From Azolla caroliniana (Eukaryota; Plantae; Polypodiophyta): 64,000 nucleotides of DNA. Shown here one piece after another: positions 8,480 to 20,910 of the stretch. The translations under genes were made by a program, and so were the position numbers. Within the stretch, counting starts at the first letter, position 1; each line of letters opens with the position of its first letter. Location: NCBI GenBank assembly GCA_043228905.1, contig JBHGNT010000010.1:1116001-1180000 (forward strand), in the 5' to 3' direction. Under the pieces are notes generated by a model, which worked only from the letters and a program-made list of their open reading frames with translations, searched no databases and had not been told where the DNA came from.

Positions 8480-10300
8480 CCGATACGGAAGAGGGTGCGG
8501 GACGAGCCTCCCTCTTTTACATGGGGAGAAAGACCGATCGGGCGAAGGTCGAGAGAAGAAAAGAGAATGAAAGCCGGTCCTATGGGATTCCTTACACCGA
8601 TCCGGCTGCAGTTCGGCCGACGTGACAACGTGAGTCATATAAGAGAGATCGATGGCGACAGGAGAACGGGACTCGGCAATCCGGAGAAGGACGAACGGAC
8701 CCGGACGAGAACCGGGCGGAGCGGACTCCCGGATGACCATTCCGGGAGGGAGGAAGAGAGCAGGACTACGAAGAGGCCGAGGACACGGTACGTCGGTACC
8801 ACGGGAGAGGGTGCGAAACAAAACGCCCTCTTGGCATGCGGAAAAGGACGACCTGGGACAGGGTCGAGAAGGCGATGAACGCCCAAGGAGGATCCTTCAC
8901 ACCAGTTCTAGAGACTTTGGCAGTCGGCAACACAGTCGACGTAAGACCAAAATACTGACGGTGGTGGCGAGGTGACGAAGGCAAAGGGGGTACGGATGGG
9001 CGGTCGGCGGAGGATCCTTCACACGGTTCTAGAGACTTCGGCAGTCGGCAACGCGGTCGACGTAAGACCAAGATACTGACGGTGGCGACAAGGTGACGAA
9101 GGCAAGGGCTACGGCAAGGAGGTATCAGGCCGGCGAAGCGGCCACGAACCAAATCGGACCTTCCGGCAAGCTCAGTGGGCGTAAGGAAGTCCGGTCCTAC
9201 GGGATCCCCACACCGGTTCCGGAGACCCCGGCTGTTCGGCCAACGTGGCAACTTAAGACCGAGGGAGAAGGAAGGTGGCGGCAGGAAATGGGACCCGACT
9301 ACGCGGAAGACACGAGGAGAGTCCGGGAGGGACTCAAACAAAAGACACCCGAATTACGGCAAACATAGAAACCGAGTCCGGTCCTATGGGACCCTCACAC
9401 CGATCCGGAGACTCCGGCAGTTCGGCCAACGTGGCGACGTGAGACCGAGAGTGAAGGTTGGTGGCGGCAGGGAACGGAACCCGACAACACGGAGGTTTCG
9501 GAAGAAGCCGATAGGGCAAACACGGGGAGGTGTGTCAGGTCGGAAAGGCACACCTTGGACGGAATAAGAGTCTCGCAAGTGGCCATCGCGGGCCGGATCA
9601 AAGCGTGACTACGAGACAGTGTTCGGCACGGGCGGTGCCGAGCGAAGGAAGCGGAAGACGACACAAGGGAGGTGCCGGGAACGAGGTGGCAAGTGCCTAG
9701 TGGACTACACAGGGTCGGAGTGAGGGGATGGCAAGAGAGGCCGGAGGAGGATCCTCCACACTCGCTTCGTAGATCTCGGTAGCTCCATCGAAGTAGCAAA
9801 GACTGACGCGGCAAGCCGGGATGACAAGCTGGTGGGGGCGAGGGGACGACGGCAAACGGAAGACTCAGGACCTGTTGCAGCAGCACGAAGACGGGAAGGG
9901 ACAAGCGGGCTACTATGGGGTGTTCCTCGGATGCAAAGGACACCGGTATGCGGGTGAGCGGCGGTGCACGATCTGGCCGGAAAGAGTGCGACACAGGCGG
10001 TGCCAATCAACGGGCGAGGGTATATGGCACACGGAGGTGCCGGAGCGGAAAGGCTAGCGCGGAGATAGGTTGCGCGGTTCGGAGGTATCGCGGAGAAGGC
10101 CGGAAAGGGATCCTCCACACCGTTCCGGAGACCATGGCGGTTCGAGCCGACGCGGCGATGTAAGACCATGGAGAAGGAAGGTGGCGGCGAGAGGACGAGG
10201 GCAACGCGAAACGACATGGGACGGCAATTAGGACGACGCGAATGATCAACGGAGGCCAAGCGGGCCACTACGGGCTTTCCTCAAACAGAGGACATCGGTC
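8480..10300 (+). repeat. Degenerate modular repeat array in the family B internal region
   Basis: Recurrent GGATCC(T/C)..CACACC..TTCCGGAGAC..GGC(A/T)GTTCGGCC..GTAAGACC units and GAGAGGGTG..CGCCCTCT hairpin units; also present in copy 2. Confidence 0.75.
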
Positions 10301-10564
10301 ATACGGCGGGAAGCGGGGCGTTCATACGGCCGAACAAGGGCCAACGGAAGTACGCGTACTACGGAGATCGCGACAGAGGACCCATCGACGGGTCGAACGA
10401 GCCTACGGGGAGGCGAGCGCGAAGGAAGACTCGAAGCCGACGGGTCGAACCGGCAGCGAGCTGGGATGCGGATCACGGAAGACCGGTTTCTCACCGGCCG
10501 AAATCTCTCACCCTTCAACCGGATTTGGCACGTACCGGAGGACGTGCAATTAAGTGGGGGCGGA

Positions 10565-11309
10565 TGTCGTGAAGAATTTCGGTCAGAGGCGGAAACCGGG
10601 GAACATTGGCTACATCGGCGGGGTGCAGCGTGTGTACGCACCCGTGTACATTTACTGTGAATATTGAGGGCGCCTTTATGGCGCCGAAGAGTAGTCAAGT
10701 CGGGATAGATGATCCCATGTAAGTCGGGATTTGTCCCACATTGTAACGCATCTCTTTCGTTGTTCTATAAAAGGAAGGGAACGCCCTTTGTGTAAGGGTT
10801 GCCCATTTTGCAATAGAGGGTATACCGTTAGGTTTAGAGTTAGGTTCTTCTTCTTCTCCTTCTGCGTGTTTCCCTTAGGGTTTGCTTGGTTCGGCCTCCT
10901 GTGCAAGACCCCGCTCGGCGCGACGAGCTGAGAGCTCCCCGACAGCGGCTTGACAGCAGACGACTACTGTAACCTACGTCAGTCCGGTTAGACGCCAGGA
11001 ATGTATTCTTCCCTTCATATATATATATATATACGTTTGTCTGTGTATATTCGGGTCGTTGTTGGTGTCGGGTGCTTACCCTTTCTTGCGTTTTCTGTAC
11101 ATAAGGCGTGAGTCGGGTTGTGCGTGTGTGTGTGTGTGTGTGCGTGAGTCGGTGTTAAGCACGCTCTCTCTCTCTCCCTTCGGTTGCTTCCGGTGTGTCT
11201 CTGGGATGCCCGAGAAACAGTGAAGCACGACTTCCTACGCTCCATCACTCTCTAGTCCATGACCCCCGTGGTCCCGCCTTTCTCCACGCACGCGCGTAAC
11301 AACGCGAGA
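10565..11309 (+). repeat. 3' LTR of family B copy 1
   Basis: Homologous to 13673-14424 and 17796-18567; contains TA, TG and CT microsatellites. Confidence 0.9.
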
Positions 11310-11494
11310 ACGCGGTACTTTTGTCAGTCCCACGAGGACTTGTATAAATAGTGCTACTGAGCATAGTTGTAATAACAGAATGTCTATATTGTTTTGAATA
11401 TAGCTTTTACGTTCTACTCTCTCTGTCTCTCCCATGTACTCTGTGTATTCTCTGCTTTCTCTGTTTTTAACGCTTCCGCAAGTAATCGTTTACA
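11310..11494 (+). mobile_element. Right part of a copia LTR (same family as 52085-57491), target of B copy 1
   Basis: Reverse complement matches 52085-52272; ends ...TTTACA; not followed by a PBS, so a 3' or solo LTR. Confidence 0.88.
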
Positions 11495-12186
11495 AGGAGG
11501 AAGAGTTTGTGGTTTACTCGAGGCCTGAGACTACGGTTTAAATAGAGAAGGTTGGTGAAACGAGAGAGATAGTGTAAGAGGATCGTGTGTAGACACAGGC
11601 GCAGACAGAGATGCTAAGAACAACTTGCGTTTGGTAGATAAGTTTCTATTAATCAATATATGCACGTAGTGCTATGTGTGGTTACAACCGGATCAATGCC
11701 GGTGATCGAGCATAGGCTCTACAGTAGTCGCATACAAAGTGGAGTAGGCACACAGAAGGTCGATCCCTTGGTCGGGCGCACTCGGGCGTTTGACACAAAC
11801 AGGGGAAGCGCCTTCCGGTGATCTGTCGTAGGACTCCTCGTCTGGTCTCCTTTTCCGCTTCATTTCTCCTCCCGATGATCTTCCTCCTTCTCTTCTCTAC
11901 ATGGCATCCTTAAAACAGCCAAAGGTCGCCCCTTTATAGCGCAAGGAGCGACCGTTACAAAGCATTCATTACTTGTCCCTTGATTTCCCCCCCTGATTCG
12001 CTCTCCTCATAACTCTCCCTACTTACGCGATGTCTGAATCCCTATTAATGTCTTAACTACCTAGTACACCTTCTACCTATGCCTAGTACTTACACTATTT
12101 AATTCACTAGGGGCATGCACTCCTGCACACCGGCGTTCCTGCGCGTTTCACATTGTTTCCACCTATGGCTCGGAACCTTCACGACA
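11495..12186 (-). mobile_element. Partial LTR (family C) with the TGTCGTGAAG terminus of the Trp-primed group, inserted in the RNase H of element D
   Basis: Plus strand ends ...CTTCACGACA at 12186; D pol homology stops abruptly at VYY; non-coding LTR-like composition. Confidence 0.65.
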
Positions 12187-13672
12187 AAGTAATACACTGA
12201 ACAATACCATTTTGGCTCTGTGAGGTGCATGAGGATGCTTCTGATGGCTATGTCCAATGCATCGACAAATACATGGAAATCCTTCGACCAATCAGGAGGC
12301 TGCACCACCGGAGCCTTTGAGAGCATCAGTTTGAGTGCTTGATAAGCTTTCTCCTCTTGCTTCGTCCATTGGAATGGTAACTGGTGCACGACTGCATGCA
12401 ACAGAGTGGTGAAATCTCCTAGGTACCGGAGCATATGATTATGCCACTGGATTCGACCTAAGAACTGGCTGAAGGCTTTGGCATTGGTTGGTGCCAGTGT
12501 TTGGAGGATCGTTTTTACCTTGTTCGGGTCCACAACAATTCCGTCCTTATTGACGATGTGTCCGAGTAACGCTGCACTTGTGACTCCTAAAACACACTTT
12601 GCCAGATTTTAACTCAATCGGGATTCCTTGCACTTTTCCAAACACATCTGGAGATGGTCCAAGTGTTCTTCCCTCTAGCTATAGATGGCAAAATCATCCA
12701 GAAACACCTACATGAAAGCCGGGATGTACTCTTAGAATATTTCCACTATAATTCTTTGAAATGTAGCTGGTGTTGTTTTGAACCCAAACATCATGACCAC
12801 TGCAACAAACACTCCCCATTCCATCACGAATGTCGTCTTTTCCTGGTCCTCTGAATGCATCCGTAGTTGATTATACTTGTTGAAATCGTCCAAGAAATTG
12901 TAAACTTCGTGTATGGCTACTACATCCAATACGCCATTTGTAATTGGCAGAGGAGAGGCATCAATCACCGTGGCTGCATTAAGTTTTCGGTAATCGACAT
13001 AGACCCACATTTTTTCGTTCTTCTTGGGTACCACGACTATCGAACTCAACCACATTGCCTGCTTCACCGACTGGATAAAACTGACTCTTAGCAATTTATC
13101 AATTTCCTCTTTCACCTTCACTGCATAATCTGGGTTCATCTGGTAACGTCTCTACGCTACCGGTTTAGCATCCTTATTGAGGTGGATCTGATGTTGATAC
13201 AGCTTGGGGTCCAAACCCCACATATGTTTATAGGACCAGGCAAAGACATCCCTGAATATCTTCAATAGTTTGATCATTGCCGTTTTCTTGTTGGGTGGCA
13301 TTTCCTTCACCACATTTACTGGTCTAGGTGCCTCCCTTGCCCCGAGGTCGACCTCTTCCAGTTTGGATGCCTTTACTCATTGGGATACAACCATCTCTCG
13401 CTCTAGCAATTCCTGCGCTTGCCGGAGTTCTCGGATCGCCTCCCGATCCGACTCATCGAATTTGTCCTCTCGATGCGTAACATATGGCATGACAGCTTCG
13501 ACTACATCTATCTCGAATAACGGTACGATCTTGGGATGTTCATCTAAGTACTAGTCTATTTCGTCATCCGCTAATCCGTTCAACATATTGATAGTTTCCG
13601 CGTATAGCGACGCCAACTACTTATTCGTACCGACCTGTTCGTGTGTCGGCACCTGGACTTTGGTTTTTCCGC

Positions 13673-16600
13673 TGTCGTAAAGAATTTCGGCCAGAGGCGG
13701 AAACCGGGAAACATTGTCTACAACGGCGGGGTGCAGCGTGTGTACGCACCCATGTACATTTAGTGTGAATATCGAGGGCGCCTTTATGGCGCCGAAGAGT
13801 GGTCATGTCGGGACAGACGATCCCATGTAAGTCGGGATTTATCCCACATTGTAACGCATCCCTTTCCTCGTTCTATAAAAGGAGGGGAACGCCCTTTGTG
13901 TAAGGGTTGCCCATTTTGCATTAGTGGCTATACCGTTAGGTTTAGAGTTAGTTTCTTCTTCTCCTTCTTCTCCTTCATGTTCGCTTAGGGTTTGATTCAG
14001 CTCGTCTCCTACGCAAGACCCCGCTCGGCGCGACGAGCCCGTGATCTCCCCGACGGCGGCTTGGCAGCTGACAACCACTGTAACCTACCTTGGAACGACA
14101 CGACGCCGGGAATGTATTCTTCCTTTATATATATATATACGTTTGTCTGTGTATATTCGCGTCGTTGTTGGTGTCGGGTGCTTACCCTTTCCTGCGTTTT
14201 CTGTACATAAGGGCGTGAGTCGGGTTGGGTTGTGTGTGCGTGCGTGTGTGCGTGTGTGTTTGCGTGAGTCGGTGTTAAGCTCTCTCTCTCTCTCCCTTCG
14301 GTTGCTTTCGGTGTGTTTCTGGGATGCCCCAGAAGTGAAGCGCGACGTCCTACGCTCCATCACTCCCTAGTCCAAGACCCCCGTGGTCCCACCTTTCTCC
14401 ACGCACGCGCGTAACAACGTGACATCTTTGGAGAACCCGACGTGAAAGGTGGCAAGGGAGGATGGAGTCGGAAGACGACGACCTTGCGGAGATGGTGGCG
14501 GAAGTGGTGTTGGAGTCGGCACGAGTGGTGATGAGGCGAGAAGCAGCGCAACAAGCGGTTGAGCGAGTGGTCGAAAGAGTCGGCCGTTTCAACGGGGACA
14601 AAGTCCCATCTTACTTGGAAGCCTACAACGTGGAAATGGAGGAGCGTGGCGTAGACGAGGCGTTGAGGATGGAGTTCTTCTGTCGGGTCGTGGCTGTCCG
14701 GATGCATGCGGAAATAAAGGAGCTCCGTGAGGCTCGTAGTTCATGGGAGGCCTTCGAAGAGGCGCTCCTGAAGGCATTCAGAGGACGGCGGAAGAGCCGG
14801 GGACGACACGACTTCAACCAGTGGGACCCATCGGGGCATGACCAAGGCGTTCCGAGAGTTCTAGCGACGGCTTGCTCGGCTCCCAAAGCGGGAACAAGGT
14901 TTGGTGGGGGTGGACAAGGTCCTATTGTTCGTCAGGTCGATCAACCGAGCGGAACGGGAAGCCATCGGGATTGAGCTCGAAGACGATGATGGAGCGAATG
15001 GGCTTATGGAGGACTGGTCGAAGGTCGGAAGGGTGTGCCAACGGCTAGATGATGAGCAAGCCGAGAAGGCTAAGATGAAGGGACGCGACGACGTGCCATC
15101 ACAGCGGGAAGAGACCGAACGGCAAAGAGAGTCGGCAAGGGTCGGAGTTGGGGCCAGGATTGCGGAGGCGTACGCAGCTCTCGAGGCGATGCTCGAAGAA
15201 GAGGAAAGACGGAGGCTGCAAGCCGAGACTGAGGAGACGGACTTGCCCCACGCGACGGCGGGAGATCGGTACCACGGTACCACGGGAGAGGGTGCGGAAC
15301 GAAACGCCTTCTCGACTTGTGGAGATAGAACGGCCAAGGACGAGGCCAAGATATAGATCGCGGAACCGGAACGTTGGGACCAGCGGTTTCGGGCGTGTCA
15401 GCCCGAGATCCCGGTCATTGGAGAAGCAAGCCCAGACGGGGCTTGTGCGATCGGTAAGAAGACGACTGCCGACCACGAAGAGTCGGTGGCTACGGACAAG
15501 TGCGTAAAAAGGACGGGTGATTCTTTGTGTCTTCCCACACTTTCTCCCGAGACGAAGGCAGTCGGGCCCGAGTGCCCATGTGAGTCCCAAGCGGAGGAAG
15601 GCGGCAGTGAAATGCCAAGAATCACCGGCGAGACGATACGGGGAAGGAACGGACGAAAGCCCACGGACCCAATTCCGGAGAACTCGGCATTCGGGCCCGT
15701 ATGCCCATGTAAGACCGAGGAGATGGATGGCGGTACCGAGGAGTCCTGGCACGATGCCAGCGAAGTCGGATGGGAAACGGCCTGCGAGGAGGCCGAGGAT
15801 GGACGCGGCACGAGGAGATCGGCATTCCGATTCGTATGGAGCAGAATCAGGTCGTGGATCGTTCGATCGTGGCCGGATTCGGCATGAAGGTGCCGATACG
15901 GGAGAGGGTGCAGGACGAGCCGCCCTCTTTTACATGGGGAGAAAGACCGACCGGGCGAAGGTCGAGATTTGGAAAGAGAATGAAAGCCGATCCTATGGGA
16001 TTCCTTACACCGATCCGGCTGCAGGCCTGAGTGCCGGCGTGAGTCCTATAAGAGAGATCGGTGGCGACAGGAGAACGGGACTCGGCAATCCGGAGAAGGA
16101 AGAACGGACCCGGACGAGAACCGGGCGGAGCGGACTCCCGGATGACCATTCCGGGAGGGAGGAAGAGAGCAGGCCTACGAAGAGGCCGAGGACACGGTAC
16201 GTCGGTACCACGGAGAGGGTGCGGAGTAAACCGCCCTCTCGGCATGCGGAAAGGGACGACCCGGGGCAGGGTCAAGAAGGCGATGAACCCCCAAGGAGGA
16301 TCCTTCACACCAGTTCTAGAGACTTCGGCAGTCGGCAACGCGGTCGACGTAAGACCAAGATACTGACGGTGGCGGCGAGGTGACGAAGGCTATGGGCGTA
16401 AGGAAGTCCGGTCCTATGGGATCCCCACACTTAACCGGAGACTCCGGCTGTTCGGCCAACGTGGCAACGTAAGACCGAGGGAGAAGGAAGGTGGCTGCGG
16501 GAAACGGGACCCGACTACGCGGAAGACACGAGGAGAGTCCGGGAGGGACTCAAACAAAAGACACCCGAATTTCGGCAAGCACAGAAACGGAGTCCGGTCC

Positions 16601-18400
16601 TATGGGACCCTCACACCGATCCGGAGACTCCGGCTGTTTGGCCAGCGTGGCAACGTAAGACTGAGGGAGAAGGACGGTGGTGGTAGGGAACAGGACCCAA
16701 CGACACGAGGTTTCGGAAGGAGCCGGTAGGGGCAAACACGGGGAGGTGTGTCGGGCTGGAAACGCACACCTGGGATGGAATAAGAGTCTCGCAGGAGGCC
16801 ATCGCGGGCCGGATTAAAGCGTGACTACGGAACGGGCTACGGTGACAAAGGAAGAAGTGGCCGACGCGGAGGTCGGGTCGACGGCGGATGAAGGGCATAA
16901 CACGAAGCATGCAATACGGCTGGTAGAGGGCCAAGACACAAGCATGCATACGACGGATGGGTGACGACGATTGACTGACGATGACGGTCGGGTCAAGCCT
17001 TCGAGAGGCAAGCGCGGGACGAAGGACGACACGAGGTGCCGGGAACGAGGTGACAAGTGCCTAGTGGACTGCACAGGGTCGGAGTTAGGGGATGGCAAGA
17101 GAGGCCGGAGGAGGATCCTCCACACTCGCTTCGTAGATCTCGGTAGCTCCGTCGAAGTAGCGAAGACTGACACGGCAAGCCCGGGGTGACAAGCTGGTGG
17201 GGGCGAGGAGACGACGGCAAGCGGAAGAATCGGGACCTATTGCAGCAGCACAAAGACGGGAAGGGCCAAGCGGGCTACTACGGGGTGTTCCTCGGATGCA
17301 AAGGACACCGGTACGCGGGTAAGCGGCGATGCGCGATCAGGCCGGAAAGGGATCTTCCACGCTATTCCGGAGACCATGGCGGTTCGAGCCGGCGCGGCGA
17401 TGTAAGACCATGGAGAAGGAAGGTGGCGGCGGGAGGACGAAGGCAACACGAAACACCATCGGGACATCACGATTGGACAACGGAGGCCAAGCGGGCCACT
17501 ACGGGCATGCCTCAAGCGGAGGACATCGGGCATACGGCGGGAAGCGGGGCGTTCATACGGCTGAACAAGGGCCAACGGAAGTACGCGTACTATGGAGATC
17601 GCGGCAGAGGACTCATCGACGGGTCGAACGAGCCTACGGGGAGGCGAGCGCGAAGGAAGACTCGAAGCCGACAGATCAAACCGGCAGCGAGCCGAGATGC
17701 GGATCACGGGAGACCGGTTTCTCATTGGCCGAAATCTCTTACCCTTCAGCCAGATTTGGCACGTACCAGTGGACGTGCAGTTAGGTGGGGGCGGATGTCG
17801 TGAAGAATTTCGGCCAGAGGTGAAAACCGGGAAACATTGTCTACAGTGGCAGGGTGCAGTGTGTGTACGCACCCATGTACATTTAGTGTGAATATCGAGG
17901 GCGCCTTTATGGCGCCGAAGAGTGGTCATGTCGGGACAGACGATCCCATGTAAGTCGGGATTTGTCCCACATTGTAACGCATCCCTTTCCTCGTTCTATA
18001 AAAGGAGGGGAACGCCCTTTGTGTAAGGGTTGCCCATTTTGCAATAGAGGGTATACCGTTAGGTTTAGAGTTAGTTTCTTCTTCTCCTTCTTCTCCTTCG
18101 TGTTCGCTTAGGGTTTGCTTTAGCTCGTCTCCTGCGCAAGACCCCGCTTGGCGCGACAAGCCCGTGAGCTCCTCGACGGCGGCTTGGCAGCTGACGACCA
18201 CTGTAACCTACCTTGGAACGACACGATGCCGGGAATGTATTCTTCCTTTATATATATATATATATATACGTTTGTCTGTGTATATTCGCGTCGTTGTTGG
18301 CGTCGGGTGCTTACCCTTTCCTGCGTTTTCTGTATATAAGGGCGTGAGTCGGGTTGGGCTGTGTGTGTGCGTGCGTGTGTGTGTTTGCGTGAGTCGGTGT

Positions 18401-18440
<40 letters not shown>

Positions 18441-18567
18441 TTGGTTGCTTCCGGCTTGTTTTTGGGATGCCCCAGAAGTGAAGCGCGACGTCCTACGCTC
18501 CATCACTCCCTAGTCCAAGACCCCCGTGGTCCCGCCTTTCTCCACGCACGCGCGTAACAACGCGACA
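13673..18567 (+). mobile_element. Complete non-autonomous family B element, copy 2 (4895 bp)
   Basis: LTRs 13673-14424 and 17796-18567; TSD CCGC (13669-13672, 18568-18571); PBS TGGAGAACCCGACGTGAA 14429-14446; PPT 17781-17795; no PR/RT/IN motifs seen. Confidence 0.95.
14462..15887 (+). pseudogene. Family B Gag-capsid-like ORF with frameshift and stops
   Basis: VGRFNGDKVPSYLEAYNVEM...MHAEIKELREARSSWEAFE aligns with A1 IGRFDGKDATKYLASYGAEM...IHAEVLEVRTESRTWEQFE; no zinc knuckle or protease follows. Confidence 0.8.
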
Positions 18568-19313
18568 CCGCGTTTGAAACTTATCACATTCTTCTTCCAA
18601 TTTTGCTTGATATGTGCTGTTTTAAACCATGGTCTTCCCAATAATAGGGGATATGCCCCCGACGTGTTAAGTTGTAGTACCACGACAAAAATTGGGAACG
18701 CATGACCTCGGATCGTGATGTCCAGGTTTCGGATGAGCCTGGTTGGCCAGACCGAACTGGTGTTTGCCATTCGTAGCCAAAATGGGCACGGTTCCCATTC
18801 CCGGATCCCCAGTGTCACATGTCCGTCGGCTGATTACATTTACCCTCCGTCAATAAACATTCTTGGTACCTCGCTGCCCTTCATGATGATCGTGACTGCC
18901 AGACTACTTGTGTCTACTACGGCAGTTCCTTCCTCCGAATTTGAGGAGAATGTCGGTGCCAGCTCCAGATTGTGTGGTGACAATGCCGACTTTAACCCTT
19001 TCGTAAATATGGGAACTAGTTGCAAAAACCGGCCTAGTGGCAACATAATCTGACATTGTTGCAAAGCCTGCAAAGCCAGGTCATTGTTTGTGTTCTTGAG
19101 TGGTTCTTCTGAAAGCTTGGTTTGGTCTTTCAATCCAACCACCTTCCTTTCATTGGCCTTACGTACCCACTCTGTAGCCTGTCTACAGATTGTCTCATGG
19201 GTCTCTCACTCTGCAACCTTCCCTTTTGACCTAGTGGTGACTTGTCAGACATCCGTGACTTCGGTGGTCACCATGTTCACTGTGGTTGTTTCTCGTTAGA
19301 GTTGACCGGGCAC

Positions 19314-19642
19314 TGTTGTTGGGTGGGGGGGTGAAGCCTAGAATAGCTCCACCCCCCTCCCAAGGGGGTTACGTGTGAGGTAAAGAGAAGGAAAGAGAAA
19401 CAATGAGACAAACACAAAATGAGAGGGAAAAAGTTGTATATCCATTACATGCCCATAAGGGGTTTATATAATACATCCAATGTAATGGTTACATGACTGT
19501 TACACATTCTTGTACACATGCACATAATTGTGCATGTGTCCATACACATATCATCCTCACAGGCTCATTTACTTTACACATACACATCAACCACATCATT
19601 ACACCTACCCTTATGCATCCTCGTATATTCTTACGGGTAACA
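19314..19642. mobile_element. Solo LTR (329 bp)
   Basis: TGTT...AACA termini with 5-bp TSD GGCAC (19309-19313, 19643-19647), interrupting D. Confidence 0.85.
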
Positions 19643-20059
19643 GGCACTGACTACTCTAATGGCCTTCCTTCCGACAATAGTAGCAATACAGTTTTCGGAT
19701 ATTGCTCGATTCACCTTTTTCTGTACCACCTGACTAGATACCGGAATTCATCCGGTTGGTATCTTCCAGCCTTCGCTGCTTTGGTTGTGGGATGACCGGA
19801 TTTGTGTCCGGCTCCCGACGGTATTCCCGGACCGTTTCTCAACGCTCATCTCGCCAAAAATTTCCCCTACGGTTATTTGGGTGGCATTGATTGTTGCGAT
19901 ACCCTTGCCATTCCGGCTACCGTCTGTCTTGGTCCGGGTATGCTCGCCATTCCAGGTACCTTCTTTTGTCCCTCCTTCGGTCATAATCCGGAGAGTAGTC
20001 TCATTCATAACGATCCCTATCGTAATCGTCTCTCCATTTGTCCTCATGGTGGTAACCGA

Positions 20060-20450
20060 TGTCGTGTCGTTACACTTCCGTGTGGGAAACTAAGGCGGGA
20101 CCACGGGGGCCCTGGACTGAGGAGTGCACGAAACAAGGAGGGGAAGAGAGCGGAAGTAATGAGTCGGCGATTACCGGCTACAGACGAGTAGTTGAACGAG
20201 GGCCGACAAGTCCCTTTACCAGCACACAGTGCTCACCGGACCAAACGAAAACACAACTAGCTCTCACTGGTTCACCGGAAACACAATAGCCTACAAAGAA
20301 TAGTCAGGGGCGCACTCCTAACCAATTACGAGACAACAACGAGTTATAGAGCACACAGATACACTGGGAGACGACAACTCAAAGAATCGATTCAACCTAA
20401 TAGGTGATTACAATGCTTCCAAGATTCGAATCGGCATGATAGTGACCGAC

Positions 20451-20488
<38 letters not shown>

Positions 20489-20910
20489 CACACCCGAAAC
20501 ACGCAGTGGAGCCCCTGTTGGAAGCGCTTGGGCTTCTCTCGCGAGTAGAGGCGACCGACCAAAGATTTGCAGAGATCAATGGGAATGAGGAGAAGAATGC
20601 TCGGTTCCCAGTCTGACAGCACTTCGTCCTTGCCAAAAAAAAAAATGCGATCCCTTTCAGCCTTCTCCCCTTTTTATAGATGTTGGGGAGGGACTGTCAC
20701 GTCCTATTTACATTGTGTTTATCCTTTGTCCCTTCGGGCAGAGATACGCATCGATTTTTTAGCTAATAAATAAGTTCTACCTAGTATATTTACATCAGGC
20801 CGACCCATACCTAGTTATGTACAAACTTGTCAATTTATGCGTTCACATGTAAAGGTCGGTTCACCCGCTTTATCCTCCAATTCCTCTTAAGGCCGATTTT
20901 CTTCACGACA
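20060..20910 (-). mobile_element. Solo LTR of the Trp-primed group (851 bp), related to the A2 LTRs
   Basis: TGTCG...CTTCACGACA; imperfect 4-bp TSD CCGA/CCGC; carries the GGCGGGACCACGGGGG box; U3 similar to 43884-44030; CA microsatellite. Confidence 0.88.

Larger units (their letters stand above)
1..11309 (+). mobile_element. Non-autonomous (pol-less) LTR retrotransposon, family B copy 1; 5' end lies left of the window; interrupted by element A1
   Basis: Colinear with complete copy 13673-18567. PPT TTAAGTGGGGGCGGA at 10550-10564, then 3' LTR 10565-11309 (TGTCGTGAAG...AACGCGAGA, terminal CA mutated to GA). Confidence 0.88.

Noticed and set aside
8880-10200. CRISPR-like repeat/spacer pattern
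   Set aside because: Eukaryotic TE context, degenerate repeats of irregular period, mutually related intervening sequences and no cas genes.
18185-18230. CTGACGA in a family B LTR as a hammerhead ribozyme core (retrozyme hypothesis)
   Set aside because: Not conserved in the other B LTRs (CTGACAA, CAGACGA), and no GAAA core or helices are in place.
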